Source: Octopus bimaculoides (Eukaryota). From it: 64,000 bases of DNA. Position numbers and translations under genes: made by a program. The notes under the pieces were generated by a model. That model worked only from the letters and a program-made list of their open reading frames with translations. It did no database searches and was not told the origin of the DNA. Positions 36,470 to 64,000 of this stretch are shown here, in pieces (the first letter of the stretch is position 1; each line of letters opens with the position of its first letter). The stretch is from NCBI RefSeq assembly GCF_001194135.2, contig NC_068981.1, forward strand, positions 128,673,422 to 128,737,421. The letters are read 5' to 3'.

Positions 36470-37369
36470 CCCACTCTCGTAAATTAATTAAAAAAATTCT
36501 TGCTACTCTATTGTATGTTATCTAAAACTTTCAGTCAATTGATCTTTTTGGAATTACTTCACTTTTTTATTGTTTTTCGGTTTTTAATACACTTAGCGAA
36601 AGGCTTTAACTACAAATTGCTTCGATAAGTTCAGATGTATGAAGTCTTTCAATTCACAATATTATATATGATATTCTAGAGTATTTGTATTTAGAATGCA
36701 GAACATTCCCTTACAGGTTTTTCCCCACTTAGCCATATAGCTGGAATTTTTAATCGGTAGCAGAATATTTCCCTTATTTCTACTAATCGATATATTGATC
36801 ACTTTTAGTTTTACCAAGTAAAAAGAAAATGCTTCACTGAGAAGATTTAATAAGACCGAAACACGCCGTTTCTTTCTTCAGTTGACTTCACACACCAGAT
36901 CCACTCCAATATGCATTTGGGTTTATTGGAGTTACCTCCCTTGCTTTTATTTTAGATTTTAGGGAGGTTTCCTCTAGCGATGGTTAAGATAATCGCAGCT
37001 GACTGAAGTTTATCATCTCACTACATCACATGTGAGACCTAACCATGTGCATATTTAGTATGTAAAACACCCCCACAGCCGCCCATCTGAAGTATTTTCC
37101 TTCAGCCATATTTTTATACTCCTTTTTTTTTTAAATATGTGATAAGTTTACAGCGTTAAAAACTAAATTTTCATAAAAATACATTTTCACTTGAAAGAAA
37201 TGCAATTTAGATAAAATAAAAAACCAGGAAACAAAACGTGGTTTACGTAACTATGTGCATGTAAAGAGTTAAGATATAGTAGTGAGGTTTAGGCTTTGGC
37301 AGCCGTAACTAACCGATAACAAGCGTTGCTCCGCACAGGCGGCTGTCGTAAGAACTTGACCTTCATACA

Positions 37370-63146
<25,777 letters not shown>

Positions 63147-63272
63147 TGAAACACTTCTACTTTGTTTTTTTTTTAATAGTATACAGTAGAAACTATTCAG
63201 ATGTTGCTCAGTTCCAGATTAAAAAGAATGAGACATTTTAACAACTAATCAACCTGATGACTCCACTCTTGC

Positions 63273-63297
63273 AAAAAAAAAAAAAAAAAAAAAAAAA
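63273..63297 (+). repeat. Genomic A25 tract in the presumed DLD 3' UTR
   Basis: Direct reading; 127 nt after the stop codon. Confidence 0.95.
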
Positions 63298-63660
63298 TGA
63301 ATTTTTACAACTATTTTCATTTCACATGAGTCATTAGAGCCAGGTCCATATTTTCCTCTGGAATCCTTAACACCTCTGTATCCATAAAAAGATAATTAAT
63401 AAAATGTTACCAAGTTATCTTGGTTGTCTAAAGCAATGCAATGTTGAGGCTATAATATATTATGTAATAAATGAATGAGTTATACATTAAATTAAATATG
63501 TATATATGTGTGGGAATGTGCATTAATTTATTATTTCTTATGCCTAAAGATTTTGTATTGTATGCCTATAAATTTGAGATATTTGTATAGTTGATATTAA
63601 GGTTCTCTCATTTTGAATCTATTTGTCTACTCAGTTGCCTGACTAAAGTAAGTCATAACT

Positions 63661-63699
<39 letters not shown>

Positions 63700-64000
63700 A
63701 GTAGATATAAATTTTTTTTTCAAATAAAAAAGTATTGCATTTCCAAAATCATCTAACCTACTTAGTCAAGAGAAAACTATGTATACTACAAATTTTCTTT
63801 CTCCCTTCCACCAAAAACATTTCCTAAGGATTATAAGTAATATTCAATTATCAAATGAATTGATTCAGCACATAGAAGCTAAATGTTAGTGTACTGAATG
63901 AAAGGAAGGATATAATTTATTCGTTTATTTATTTCTCATATGTTTACACCTTATTGTAATATTTATCAACAGGAATAATAATAAAAAAAAAAAATTCTTT

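Noticed and set aside
37357-37365. TGACCTTCA, one mismatch from an ERR-type response element, just before the DLD ATG
   Set aside because: A single short imperfect match with no conservation or binding data.

Overview
AT-rich eukaryotic scaffold with five N-gaps (6366-6930, 14095-14489, 16256-16265, 30614-31127, 47825-47834). The repeat content (RTE LINEs with (GAT)n tails, tRNA-derived SINEs, TA/CA microsatellites) suggests a coleoid cephalopod, probably Octopus; this is an inference. Two + strand genes are present. (1) The last five coding exons of TMEM231, a ciliary transition-zone protein: join(2336..2464,3658..3801,10167..10248,12200..12305,23531..23702). Its last intron is an 11.2-kb U12-type intron that appears to end in a non-canonical TG. 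(2) A complete 14-exon DLD gene (dihydrolipoamide dehydrogenase, 507 aa), CDS 37370..63146. The rest is transposon relics. These are two palindromic Penelope-like insertions carrying a tRNA-like Pol III module and a minimal hammerhead-ribozyme motif, a Naiad-type Penelope RT, a CRE-like non-LTR element, RTE LINEs, three mariners, a DD41D fold-back element, decayed gypsy pol, two solo-LTR-like segments, hAT and piggyBac-type MITEs and many SINEs. Family assignments come from motif recognition by eye, not database searches. Repeat boundaries are approximate unless defined by TIRs or TSDs.
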